Source: an uncultured Anaerotruncus sp. (lineage in GTDB: Bacteria; Bacillota; Clostridia; Oscillospirales; CAG-272). Taken from it: DNA of 64,000 nucleotides. The first letter of the stretch is position 1. Every line of letters starts with the position of its first letter. The stretch spans positions 6,179 through 70,178 of the forward strand of contig CAJLZE010000002.1 in the NCBI GenBank assembly GCA_905210995.1, in the 5' to 3' direction. The position numbers and the translations under genes were made by a program. This document shows positions 56,067 to 64,000 of the stretch, piece after piece. The notes beneath the pieces are model-generated. The model did not search any database. It had not been told where the DNA came from and saw only the letters and a program-made list of their open reading frames with translations.

Positions 56067-56093
56067 CGTATTCGGAAAAGGCACGATCGTATA

Positions 56094-57284
56094 TCACAGT
56101 ATGAGCTCGCAAAATACCGTCATAATAACAAGAAAAGCAACATTGAAGCAGGTGAACCGCACCATATACTTTTTGGTTCCTCCCGGGACCGCCGCGCAAT
56201 ACTGCCTGAATGTGATAAGACTTGCAAGAGAAGCAATGAGCGTGCCGGTACCGCCGACATTTACACCGTAAAGCAACGCACGGTAATTATCCGTAAAACC
56301 GGAAAGCAGTATCGCCGACGGAACATTGCTTATCACCTGACATGAGAGCACACTGACAAGCAGCGGGTCCTTTTCAAGCAGCGACGAAACAAAACTGTTG
56401 ACCGCGCCGATGCGCGCCATATTTCCCGAGAAAATAAAGAAGCAGACAAAGGTGAGCAGCAAACAGTAGTCAACGGAACGCAGTGCCTTTCGGTCGGCGA
56501 CCAGCAATACCGCCGGAATAATGATAAGCCCCCAGTAATAAGGTACGGCCCTGAATACGACGATCAATGAAAAGGCAAACAACGCAAGATAAAGTATCGT
56601 TCTGCCGTGCGGAAGCCGTGCGCCGTCGTCATTGCGTACGGTTATTTTCTCTTCCCTTACAAAAATAAAGCAGCAGATCATTATAAGCGCTATCGCGGCA
56701 ATGAACGGCGGCGCCATTATCATCATAAACTCCCCGCTCGGGATATTGAACTTGTTGTAAAGGTAAAGATTCTGCGGATTCCCGAACGGGGTCAACATAC
56801 CTCCGAGGTTTGCCCCGATGTTCTGCATAACGAATGTGAATATCATGTATTTCTGCTGTCCCGACGATACAAGCACATAATAGCCGAGCGGCAGAAATGT
56901 AAGAAGCGCCATATCGTTGGCGATAAGCATAGAGCCCACGAACGTAATGACAACGATCGCGATTATAGCCTTTCTGATGCCTCCGGTCATCGCAACGATG
57001 CGGCGGGCGATTATCGTGAAAAAGCTTATATCCTTCAACGCACATATGACGGCGAGCGTGCAGAAAAGGCACGTCAGCGTTTTGAAGTCAAAATAGCCGA
57101 TATACTCATCATCCGGCGGCACGATAAAGGAGGTGAGCACCGCCGCCGCAAATGCCACCGCAAGCACAACGTTATTCTTAAAAAAATCCGCTATTCTTTT
57201 TGAGATCGGATATCCGCCGACCTTTTCCGAGTGTGTCAATTTACATTCTCCGTTTCTGAAGTCACATACCGACGTATTATACAC
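56094..57284 (-). CDS. ArsB/NhaD-superfamily (citrate-transporter-like) anion permease
   Basis: About 10-11 TM helices. The general pattern (GANLGGMLTPFGNPQNLYLY, GVNVGGTGTLIASLASL) is typical of this permease superfamily. Substrate unknown. Confidence 0.65.
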   Translation of the reverse strand: MYNTSVCDFRNGECKLTHSEKVGGYPISKRIADFFKNNVVLAVAFAAAVLTSFIVPPDDEYIGYFDFKTLTCLFCTLAVICALKDISFFTIIARRIVAMTGGIRKAIIAIVVITFVGSMLIANDMALLTFLPLGYYVLVSSGQQKYMIFTFVMQNIGANLGGMLTPFGNPQNLYLYNKFNIPSGEFMMIMAPPFIAAIALIMICCFIFVREEKITVRNDDGARLPHGRTILYLALFAFSLIVVFRAVPYYWGLIIIPAVLLVADRKALRSVDYCLLLTFVCFFIFSGNMARIGAVNSFVSSLLEKDPLLVSVLSCQVISNVPSAILLSGFTDNYRALLYGVNVGGTGTLIASLASLITFRQYCAAVPGGTKKYMVRFTCFNVAFLVIMTVFCELIL

Positions 57285-57333
57285 CCGGGGCGCGAATTTT
57301 TCAATAGGAATGCCGAAATTTATATTCCGCGTG

Positions 57334-58977
57334 TCATCCGCCTATAGTCACAAGTCTGCCGCCGGTATGCTCAAACAGGCGGTGAGAGATCGAAACAACA
57401 GTGCGGTCCGCCGACGCCTGGCGCAGTGCCTCAAGTACGGTCTGTTCCGTATCCGCATCAAGGTTTGCGGTAATCTCATCAAGCAGAAGTATTTTCGGAT
57501 CTGCGGCTACGGCGCGTGCTATAACAAGCAGCTGCCACTGCCCCTGCGAAAAGATCGACGGCGTGCAGGCCGTATCGTACCCTTCCGGGAGCGCCTCTAT
57601 CGTTTCGTCAAGACCGACAAGACGTGCAGCGCTTTTCACATCGTCAAAGCTCACTGACGGGTCAAACAGCGTTATCTGATCCTTCACGCTGCCCGGAACC
57701 ATGTGGAACGATTGCTCAACACAGCCGAATATGCGCCGCTTCTGAGTGTCCGGGATCGCCGCCGCATCAACACCGCCGATAAGCACTTCACCGGAACGCG
57801 GACGGTACAGTCCGAGCAGAAGCTTGAACACGGTGCTTTTTCCCGCCCCGGTACGCCCTGCCAAAGTGACCTGCTCGCCGTCGTCGACCGAAAGACTGAA
57901 GTCGTCAAGTACATTTTTCTCGTCTCCGTAACCGAATGTCACATTTCTTATCTCGATGCACTTGCTTCCGGGCACCCTTTCCGCGGCGGCAACGGTGTTC
58001 GGGCGCTCCGGAAGATTCAGAAAATCATTTATGCGTCTTACGCCCGCAATGGCAGACTGCACCGTCTGTATCTCCATTCCGAGGCTTTCGATAGGCGTGA
58101 ATATCTGAGAAATGTAATTTATGATAGCAACAGCGGTCCCGACGGACATTCCGAACATATGAAGGACAGTTGTATTTCCCGATGCCGACAGTATCATGAC
58201 TGCCGCGACCGTCACTGCATTGAACACCGTTATCACGGGAGAATATATCGCGTCATAGAAGTTCGTTTTTTCAACGGCGGAATAGCTCCTGTCTATATAT
58301 TCGCCGTATTTTTTCTTCATGTATTCCTCTTTGCCGAGCATATGCACGGTGCGTATACACCGTATGGTCTCGGGAACGTGCCCCGACACCCGTGCGACCG
58401 CTGCACGATTGGCAAGCTGAGAGCGAAGCATGCGCTTTTGCACCACGCGCGTAAAAAGATAGATAAGAGGAATGACCACCAGAAGCAGAAGCGCAAGCCC
58501 CGTGCTCTTTGTCAGTATAATGGCAAATATGCTGACTATCCGGCAGGCGTCGGCGAACATGCTTATAACGCCGGACGCGAACAGCGCCTCTACGGTATCA
58601 ACATCGCCTATAAAACGCGAAACGACCGCTCCGGGCTCTGCCGCGGTAAGTTCGGCGGCAGTAAGTGCCGTCAGCTTTTTTGCAAGGCTGCCGCGCATGG
58701 CGTGAGTTATTTTCTGCCCGAATACAGTAAGCAGGCTTTCGCGCGCGGATTCGAGAAGGCAGGAAGCCGCAATAACGGCAAAATACGCTACAGCAAGCGA
58801 TATCGGAACACCGCTGCCGTTAACTATACGGTTGATCACCGCCTCAAGGACCAGCGGAGGCGCCAGAGACACGGCAACAGCCGCAATGACGGATGCGACC
58901 ACGCCGACCGAAAGCAAAAGTTTATCCTTTACAACACCCGCCACAACGGACGCAACATTATTTCTTTTCATTTTCAT
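57334..58977 (-). CDS. ABC exporter, fused permease/ATPase (subunit 2 of the MarR-linked pair)
   Basis: Walker A GRTGAGKST, degenerate signature FSQGQWQLLVIARA and ILLLDEITANLD. Confidence 0.88.
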   Translation of the reverse strand: MKMKRNNVASVVAGVVKDKLLLSVGVVASVIAAVAVSLAPPLVLEAVINRIVNGSGVPISLAVAYFAVIAASCLLESARESLLTVFGQKITHAMRGSLAKKLTALTAAELTAAEPGAVVSRFIGDVDTVEALFASGVISMFADACRIVSIFAIILTKSTGLALLLLVVIPLIYLFTRVVQKRMLRSQLANRAAVARVSGHVPETIRCIRTVHMLGKEEYMKKKYGEYIDRSYSAVEKTNFYDAIYSPVITVFNAVTVAAVMILSASGNTTVLHMFGMSVGTAVAIINYISQIFTPIESLGMEIQTVQSAIAGVRRINDFLNLPERPNTVAAAERVPGSKCIEIRNVTFGYGDEKNVLDDFSLSVDDGEQVTLAGRTGAGKSTVFKLLLGLYRPRSGEVLIGGVDAAAIPDTQKRRIFGCVEQSFHMVPGSVKDQITLFDPSVSFDDVKSAARLVGLDETIEALPEGYDTACTPSIFSQGQWQLLVIARAVAADPKILLLDEITANLDADTEQTVLEALRQASADRTVVSISHRLFEHTGGRLVTIGG

Positions 58978-60703
58978 TCCCGTCCTTCTGCATATTGTAA
59001 AGCTCGGCGTATTCGGGCACCGTCTTCATAAGCTCGCTGTGCGTTCCGACCACCGTGTAACCGCCGCTCATCCATATGATCCTGTTAGTTTTCGGAAACA
59101 TATAGAGCCTGTGCGAAATCAGAAACACGACCGAATCTTTTTCATTGTCACGCAGCCAATCGAACACCTGCGTCTCGGTAGTGCGGTCGAGCGCCGAAAA
59201 CGGATCATCAAGCACGAGCACCGGGCGGCCGTGGTAGAGCGTTCTGGCAAGTCCGAGGCGCTGTGCCTGACCGCCGGAGAGCCTCACGCCGCCGCTGCAG
59301 ACCGCAGTCCCGATGCCATCGGGCATCTCCGCTATCTCACGGTCAATACACACGGCGCGGAGATATCCGTCACACGGCGCGCTGTCTCCGAGGCGGACGT
59401 TGTTTTCAACAGTGTCACTCTGAAGTTCCGGGTCATGGCCGAGATATCCGACCGTACCGCGCACCAGGGCGTCTGTCATGTCGCGCAGTTCGGTACCGCC
59501 AATTCGCACCGATCCGCGATAAGGATATTCGCGCAGAAAGACCTTACCGAAGGTCGATTTGCCGCAGGCGACAGGTCCGGTCACACCGATGATCTCACCG
59601 GGAGCCGCGCTGACCGAAAGCCCCGAGAAGACATCACCGTCGCCAGTGTATGAGAACGAAAGATCGTCAATAACGACGTTCGCCGGGAACGCGGGACTTA
59701 TTTCGGCCGGTTCATCCGGCTCCTTCATGAGCGGTTTGATCCTGTTCCACGAAACCTGAGCCTTGTGTACAGAGTTGAACAGCTTTGCCGCCTTTGATGA
59801 TTTGTCCGAAAGCTTTGTAAAGCATGAGAGAAACGTTGTAAATGCCGCTATATCCCATGCGCTCCACCCGCTGCCGAGTACATTTCGCGCGCCTAGGTAA
59901 ATTATCGGTATCACGCTGACCATGCATACCGAACGGTAAAGCGGTGCCAGAGATGCCACCCATATGTTAGATCTCACTGCCGTTTTTTCATAATCACCGA
60001 GGTGTTTCTCATAATCGGCAGTACGCTGATCCTCGCAGCCGTAAACACGGTAGGTAACTGCATTGGATACGCGGTCAAGTGTTGCCGCGCTGAGCCTGCC
60101 GGCTGACTTTTTGTATGCGCTGCCCGCCTTCTGCACAGCAAATTTCATCTTTTCGGCAATGAAATATGAGACAGGCGGAAAAACAAGACTTATCAGCGCC
60201 ACACGCCAGTCGTAATACAAAAGCATTCCGACATACCCAATAAGCGCGATACCTGTGTCAAAAACCTCTGTCGTGAACTTTCGCATTCCCTCGGCACAGT
60301 CGTCAACATCGGATATCGCCTTTGTCATAACGTCGCCGGCTCCTTCCTTTTCAATATACGCGCGGCTCATGTTGACAAGGTTGGCGTAAAGCACCTTTTT
60401 CATGCTGCGGTTTACGTTGTTGGCAAAGCGCCTGACATAGAAACGCTTTATGTATCTTGCCGACTGAACGACCGTTATCGTCATCACATAGCCGATCGCC
60501 AGCACAAGCATAGCGTGAAACGTTTCGGTGCCGTTAAGGATATTCATAAGGCACCCGGCAAGCTTGCCTTCAAACCACGGACCGGCAAGCAGCCCAAAAT
60601 TGTAGATCAGTCCCGTGACTGCGGTCGCAAGAAGCGGAACAGTCTCCATTCTGAAATATGAAACTATCCTGTCCGGACGAAGATGTTCATTATTTTTCTT
60701 CAT
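58958..60703 (-). CDS. ABC exporter, fused permease/ATPase (subunit 1 of the MarR-linked pair)
   Basis: Walker A GPVACGKST, signature LSGGQAQRLGLARTL and VLVLDDPFSALD. Confidence 0.88.
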   Translation of the reverse strand: MKKNNEHLRPDRIVSYFRMETVPLLATAVTGLIYNFGLLAGPWFEGKLAGCLMNILNGTETFHAMLVLAIGYVMTITVVQSARYIKRFYVRRFANNVNRSMKKVLYANLVNMSRAYIEKEGAGDVMTKAISDVDDCAEGMRKFTTEVFDTGIALIGYVGMLLYYDWRVALISLVFPPVSYFIAEKMKFAVQKAGSAYKKSAGRLSAATLDRVSNAVTYRVYGCEDQRTADYEKHLGDYEKTAVRSNIWVASLAPLYRSVCMVSVIPIIYLGARNVLGSGWSAWDIAAFTTFLSCFTKLSDKSSKAAKLFNSVHKAQVSWNRIKPLMKEPDEPAEISPAFPANVVIDDLSFSYTGDGDVFSGLSVSAAPGEIIGVTGPVACGKSTFGKVFLREYPYRGSVRIGGTELRDMTDALVRGTVGYLGHDPELQSDTVENNVRLGDSAPCDGYLRAVCIDREIAEMPDGIGTAVCSGGVRLSGGQAQRLGLARTLYHGRPVLVLDDPFSALDRTTETQVFDWLRDNEKDSVVFLISHRLYMFPKTNRIIWMSGGYTVVGTHSELMKTVPEYAELYNMQKDGNENEKK

Positions 60704-61169
60704 TTTTATTCTCCTTTGCTATGCGCGCCGAAACATTCGCAAAATTCGCAAGACGCTCTGTTTTTGTGCGCATATACAGCTTGTCAAGCGTTTCGCAAAA
60801 GGCATTTCGTTCCTCATCCGCAAGATCCTCGAGCAGCCACTCATAAAACACCGATTCGATATATGCCTTTGAATTTTTCAGTCCTTCGGCTTTTTCGGTT
60901 GCGTAAAGAAGCTGACTGCGACCGTCTGTGGGGTTCGTTTCACGCCGCAGATACCCCTTTGCCTCAAGACTTGCAGCGCGCCTCGCGGCAGCGCCCTTAT
61001 CCATGTTAAGTTTTTCCCGCACCTCCGACTGAGTGGAACCGGGATTATGCCGCACATAGTGGATAAAATCGAATTCGGCAGTTCCCACGCCGTCGTCCTT
61101 CATCGTTCCGACAGTGAACTTTCCGACGTCTCGTGCTATCTTTGTTATTTGTCTTTTCGTGCGATCCAT
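60690..61169 (-). CDS. MarR family transcriptional regulator
   Basis: EFDFIHYVRHNPGSTQSEVREKLNMDKGAAARRAASLEAKGYLRRETNPTDGRSQLL is a winged-helix MarR pattern. The stop overlaps the downstream ABC gene. Confidence 0.85.
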   Translation of the reverse strand: MDRTKRQITKIARDVGKFTVGTMKDDGVGTAEFDFIHYVRHNPGSTQSEVREKLNMDKGAAARRAASLEAKGYLRRETNPTDGRSQLLYATEKAEGLKNSKAYIESVFYEWLLEDLADEERNAFCETLDKLYMRTKTERLANFANVSARIAKENKNEEK

Positions 61170-61213
61170 ACAATCATCCTCCACATAACAGTTGTACCAT
61201 CAACTATATTTGT

Positions 61214-61242
61214 ATGATACTACAACTATCATGTTTTGTCAA
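61214..61242 (-). promoter_or_regulatory. Sigma-A-type promoter for the MarR-ABC-ABC operon
   Basis: Minus strand reads TTGACA, 17 nt, then TATCAT. ATAGTTG repeats lie within and after it and are possible MarR sites. Confidence 0.5.
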
Positions 61243-61253
61243 TAGAAAAGGCG

Positions 61254-61284
61254 CAGATTTTTTCGATCTGCGCCTATTATTTAT
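61254..61284 (-). terminator. Rho-independent terminator after the GNAT gene
   Basis: Minus strand reads AGGCGCAGAT-CGAAAAA-ATCTGCGCCT followed by TTTCTATTG. Confidence 0.75.
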
Positions 61285-61296
61285 TCAATTTCGCGC

Positions 61297-61773
61297 TCAG
61301 CCGATTATCAGCTCCATCTGCGTTTCCTTCGGGAACATTCCCATTCTTTCGTAAAATGCGCGTGCACCTGAATTTCCGTCCCATACATTGAGCGTAACGT
61401 CATAGCAGCCGCTTTCCTTGGCGTACTTCACAACATGGTCAAACAGCGTCTTACCAACGTGTTTACCGCGGCAGCTTTCGTCAACGCACAGATCGTCGAT
61501 GAAAAGAGTCCTGAAATCCTTCATATTAGTGCTGAACGGACGGCTTCTGAATATGCAGAAAGCATATCCCACCACTTCCCCACCGTCGTCGGCGACGAAT
61601 ACCGGCGTCATATCGTCGGAAAATATCTTTATCAGCTCGTCGGGAGTATATTTGGTCGTTCCGGACACAAATATATCCGGTCTCAGCTTTGCGTGAAGCT
61701 CAAGCACTTCGCTGAGCAAAATGCTCACCTTTTCGATGTCGCGCGGCTCGGCGCGTCTTATAGCAATACTCAT
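61297..61773 (-). CDS. GNAT family N-acetyltransferase
   Basis: Motif A is LCVDESCRGKHVGKTLFDHV, and the C-terminus contains ARAFYERMGM. Confidence 0.85.
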   Translation of the reverse strand: MSIAIRRAEPRDIEKVSILLSEVLELHAKLRPDIFVSGTTKYTPDELIKIFSDDMTPVFVADDGGEVVGYAFCIFRSRPFSTNMKDFRTLFIDDLCVDESCRGKHVGKTLFDHVVKYAKESGCYDVTLNVWDGNSGARAFYERMGMFPKETQMELIIG

Positions 61774-61810
61774 TTTTATGCCTTCTTTTTATTAAATGTA
61801 TATTCAGAGC

Positions 61811-62233
61811 TTATACCAGACCGTCAAACAACGCGCCGTCGAGCGCAGAGATATCATCTATCGGTATTCTGCTTCCGTCGGTCATAACGACCACTCGTTC
61901 AAAATCATCTATGCGGCGCACATTCCCGGAAGCAATAACATATGCTCCCCCGGATTTTCTGTTGTCGGGCTTAAAAAACGTAACGGTGACGGGCGGCTGT
62001 GCGTCGATATGCTCCTGGATTATTCGCAGGCGCTCGTCGAGTGCCGCCATTTCATACTCATCCATTATGATCTTACCGTCGGTGTGACGCGCCGCTTCGT
62101 CTATGTCCGAATCATACCCGGTGAGCGCCGCAAAGGCGCCGAACTGCGCTGCACGGTCGCCGAGCGACATATGCCTTCGGTTTTTTGAAACATGGTGCGG
62201 CAGATCGATTATATCATCATACGGTCCCGTCAT
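61811..62233 (-). CDS. YolD-like protein
   Basis: LPHHVSKNRRHMSLGDRAAQFGAFAALTGY... with a C-terminal beta domain. ATGA overlap with the upstream Y-family polymerase, which is the usual genomic partner. Confidence 0.75.
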   Translation of the reverse strand: MTGPYDDIIDLPHHVSKNRRHMSLGDRAAQFGAFAALTGYDSDIDEAARHTDGKIIMDEYEMAALDERLRIIQEHIDAQPPVTVTFFKPDNRKSGGAYVIASGNVRRIDDFERVVVMTDGSRIPIDDISALDGALFDGLV

Positions 62234-63735
62234 GCCTTGTGCCCTCCTATCTGCCTGTTGCGCTCGATAGACGTTGCACCGTCCTCAAGGTCAAGCCCTT
62301 TGATTATCGCATTTTTCCCGAACTTCTTTTTTATATCTATGACTGTTTTCTGTATCCTTTTTTCGCGTTCGAGCGCCGCTTCTTCCTCGGCACGCCGCCG
62401 TTCAAGCGCCGCATGATCGGTAAAAATATCAAGCTGCTCACCGCTTTCTACTTTCTTTGCCTCGCTTTCGGAAACCAACGCGTTAAATGTGAGCGTTAAT
62501 CGCCGCACGAGCAACCGCCTGTCGGTTATACGATCGAAAAGCGACGTAACAGCCTCCATTATCAGCTTGGTCGATGAGGTCTTCCTCCCGATGTTTGCGG
62601 ACCCGTGCGCAGGCTTGGGGACTTTTCTGCCATAGTGGTCTGTCGTTGTTTGGCCGTGAAAGCCCGATACGATATCCGGATCCTTCAGGTTATCAACATC
62701 ATATCCGATATCAAGGACCACCTGATCGGTCATGAGCCCCTTGTCCACAAGGTCAAGCACGGCGACCTCGGTCATTTCCTTTACAATGATAAGCGCCTTT
62801 TCATAGGGATACGGCGAGCTGAGGACCTGCCCCGAGCTTGTGCTGCTCGACTGAGGTCTGTAAGCCTTTATCTCGGCGATGCCGCACGGCTCCCATCCCC
62901 ATGCGTGATCGATAAGAAGCTCGGCATTCACACCGAAAAGGCTGTAAAGCAGCGCCTCGTTGCATACCGAGCAGCGCGCGACATCGCCCATCGTGTTCAT
63001 TCCGTATCTTTGCAGCTTTTCTGCCGAACCGCGCCCGACGCGCCAGAAATCGGTGAGCGGGCGGTGCGTCCACAGCATTCTGCGATATGACATTTCATCA
63101 AGTACTGCAATACGCACGCCGTTTTCGTCCGGCTTTACGTGCTTTGCCATAATATCCATTGCGACCTTGCAAAGATACAGATTCGTGCCTATCCCTGCAG
63201 TGGCAGTGATACCGGTCGTTGAAAGGACATCAAGGATCAGAGTTCGTGTGAACTCGACCGCCGTCATTTTATACATCGCAAGATATTTCGTTGCGTCGAT
63301 AAACACCTCGTCAACGCTGTATACGTGAATGTCCTCCGGCGCAACGTATTTCAGATAAAGTCGATATATTTCAACGCTTGTGTTCTTGTAAAGCGCCATG
63401 CGCGGCTTTGCGACGATATAATCGACCGCAAGCCCCGGATCTGCCTTCAGCTCGCCGTCATCACAGGACGATCCCGAAAAGCGTCTGCCCGGAGCCTTGG
63501 CAACACGCTCGCGGTTAACATCCCTCACACGCTGCACGACCTCAAACATTCTGGCTCTGCCGGCAATTCCGTATGATTTCAGCGACGGAGTGACCGCAAG
63601 ACATATGGTTTTTTCGGTGCGCGATGAATCGGCGACAACAAGATTTGTCCTCAGCGGATCAAGACCGCGCGCCACGCATTCCACCGATGCGAAAAACGAT
63701 TTAAGATCTATTGAGATGTAGGTCTTGTTTTCCAT
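62230..63735 (-). CDS. Y-family DNA polymerase (UvrX/YqjW-like) with an extended charged C-terminus
   Basis: YISIDLKSFFASVECV is the catalytic Asp/Glu motif. SVDEVFID is present, followed by the little-finger region. The C-terminus is KKKFGKNAIIKGLDLEDGATSIERNRQIGGHKA. GGAGG RBS. Confidence 0.88.
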   Translation of the reverse strand: MENKTYISIDLKSFFASVECVARGLDPLRTNLVVADSSRTEKTICLAVTPSLKSYGIAGRARMFEVVQRVRDVNRERVAKAPGRRFSGSSCDDGELKADPGLAVDYIVAKPRMALYKNTSVEIYRLYLKYVAPEDIHVYSVDEVFIDATKYLAMYKMTAVEFTRTLILDVLSTTGITATAGIGTNLYLCKVAMDIMAKHVKPDENGVRIAVLDEMSYRRMLWTHRPLTDFWRVGRGSAEKLQRYGMNTMGDVARCSVCNEALLYSLFGVNAELLIDHAWGWEPCGIAEIKAYRPQSSSTSSGQVLSSPYPYEKALIIVKEMTEVAVLDLVDKGLMTDQVVLDIGYDVDNLKDPDIVSGFHGQTTTDHYGRKVPKPAHGSANIGRKTSSTKLIMEAVTSLFDRITDRRLLVRRLTLTFNALVSESEAKKVESGEQLDIFTDHAALERRRAEEEAALEREKRIQKTVIDIKKKFGKNAIIKGLDLEDGATSIERNRQIGGHKA

Positions 63736-63785
63736 CGTTTTTCCTCCTGCCGGCTTCGCTTCGTTTACGCGGTCTTATTATAACC

Positions 63786-63814
63786 ATTTTAGCACTTACG
63801 ATAAGATCAGTCAA
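63786..63814 (-). promoter_or_regulatory. Sigma-A-type promoter for the polymerase-YolD operon
   Basis: Minus strand reads TTGACT, 17 nt, then TAAAAT, with a second TATAAT 3 nt further downstream. Confidence 0.5.
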
Positions 63815-63825
63815 GTGAGATATTG

Positions 63826-63856
63826 TAAAAAGGGGTGTCGCATAATGCAACACCCC
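63826..63856 (-). terminator. Rho-independent terminator of the gene that ends at 63901
   Basis: Minus strand reads GGGGTGTTGCA-TTA-TGCGACACCCC followed by TTTTTTAC. Confidence 0.8.
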
Positions 63857-63900
63857 AAAGTATCATGCAGATACTGCTTTTACGCAGCCGCCGCACATTA

Positions 63901-64000
63901 TCAGACGGTCTCTGCGGGAAGCCCCATTACCTCTGCAAAAAACTCAAGCTCGGCAAGCGATGCTCCCATAACGAGCGCGCTGTGATGTATCGCTCCGCGT
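63901..64000 (-). CDS. C-terminal fragment of an unidentified protein; the gene continues beyond the right edge
   Basis: The minus-strand frame reads ..RGAIHHSALVMGASLAELEFFAEVMGLPAETV-stop and is followed by a strong terminator. It is too short to assign. Confidence 0.4.
   Translation of the reverse strand, partial: RGAIHHSALVMGASLAELEFFAEVMGLPAETV

Noticed and set aside
57703-59031. 442-aa plus-strand ORF opposite the ABC exporter pair.
   Set aside because: It is an antisense shadow of genes with clear Walker A, signature and Walker B motifs. Its composition is biased toward Arg, His and Gly, and there is no RBS.
63736-63825. A search for a LexA (GAAC-N4-GTTC / CGAAC...GTTCG) box upstream of the Y-family polymerase.
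   Set aside because: No such motif is present on either strand. Its absence is reported as an observation rather than annotating any site.
47040-63900. The idea that the whole block downstream of ssrA is an integrated genomic island.
   Set aside because: No integrase or recombinase, no repeat of the ssrA 3' end, no obvious compositional break and no mobile-element genes are visible in the window. It is retained only as a low-priority question under the tmRNA finding.
63725-63985. 86-aa plus-strand ORF at the right edge.
   Set aside because: It spans the polymerase promoter, a terminator hairpin and the antisense of a minus-strand C-terminal coding fragment. It has no RBS and is very unlikely to be real.
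1-64000. A scan for CRISPR arrays, IS elements or transposases, tRNA or rRNA genes, and long direct or inverted repeats.
   Set aside because: I noticed no regularly spaced repeats, no transposase- or integrase-like ORFs, and no tRNA-like or rRNA-like sequence other than the tRNA-like ends of ssrA. The recurrent GGCTGCCG...CGGCAGCC-type hairpins are ordinary GC-rich terminator stems rather than a repeat family.

Overview
This is a chromosomal segment of about 55% GC that looks like a spore-forming Clostridia genome (Oscillospiraceae/Ruminococcaceae-like). That call rests on gene content: spoIIID, a PdaA-like deacetylase, a DUF1540 protein, and the lepB-ylqF-rnhB-yraN and tig-clpP-clpX clusters. 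About 60 CDS can be supported. Housekeeping genes are yajC, rimM-trmD, ptsH, uvrC-rsmD-coaD-nadE, lepB-rbgA-rnhB-yraN, thrC, tig-clpP-clpX and smpB, plus one RNA gene, the tmRNA ssrA at 46631..46998. Transporters are numerous: two MATE pumps, four fused ABC exporters in two pairs, one ABC exporter with an unusual N-terminal domain and a DUF1854 partner, a MacB/FtsX-type pair, feoAB, a TauE-family protein and an ArsB/NhaD-like permease. A metal block at 50.0-56.0 kb holds a csoR-copZ-copA operon with two textbook CsoR operators, next to a second P1B-type ATPase that carries an S-C-A transmembrane motif and a small acidic partner protein. I found no rRNA, tRNA, CRISPR array, transposase or integrase. 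The most unusual items are: the SCA-motif ATPase module; a 274-aa cytoplasmic protein with 20 Cys including a CCCCCC run; the ABC exporter with a zinc-ribbon N-domain plus DUF1854; a 436-nt structured non-coding gap at 31106..31541; a CopA that appears to have absorbed a copZ-like gene but kept its internal RBS; and a secreted protein with a C-terminal sorting-signal-like tail behind a structured leader. All functional calls come from reading motifs in the supplied translations, with no database search, so family names are recollection-based and should be confirmed with HMM searches.
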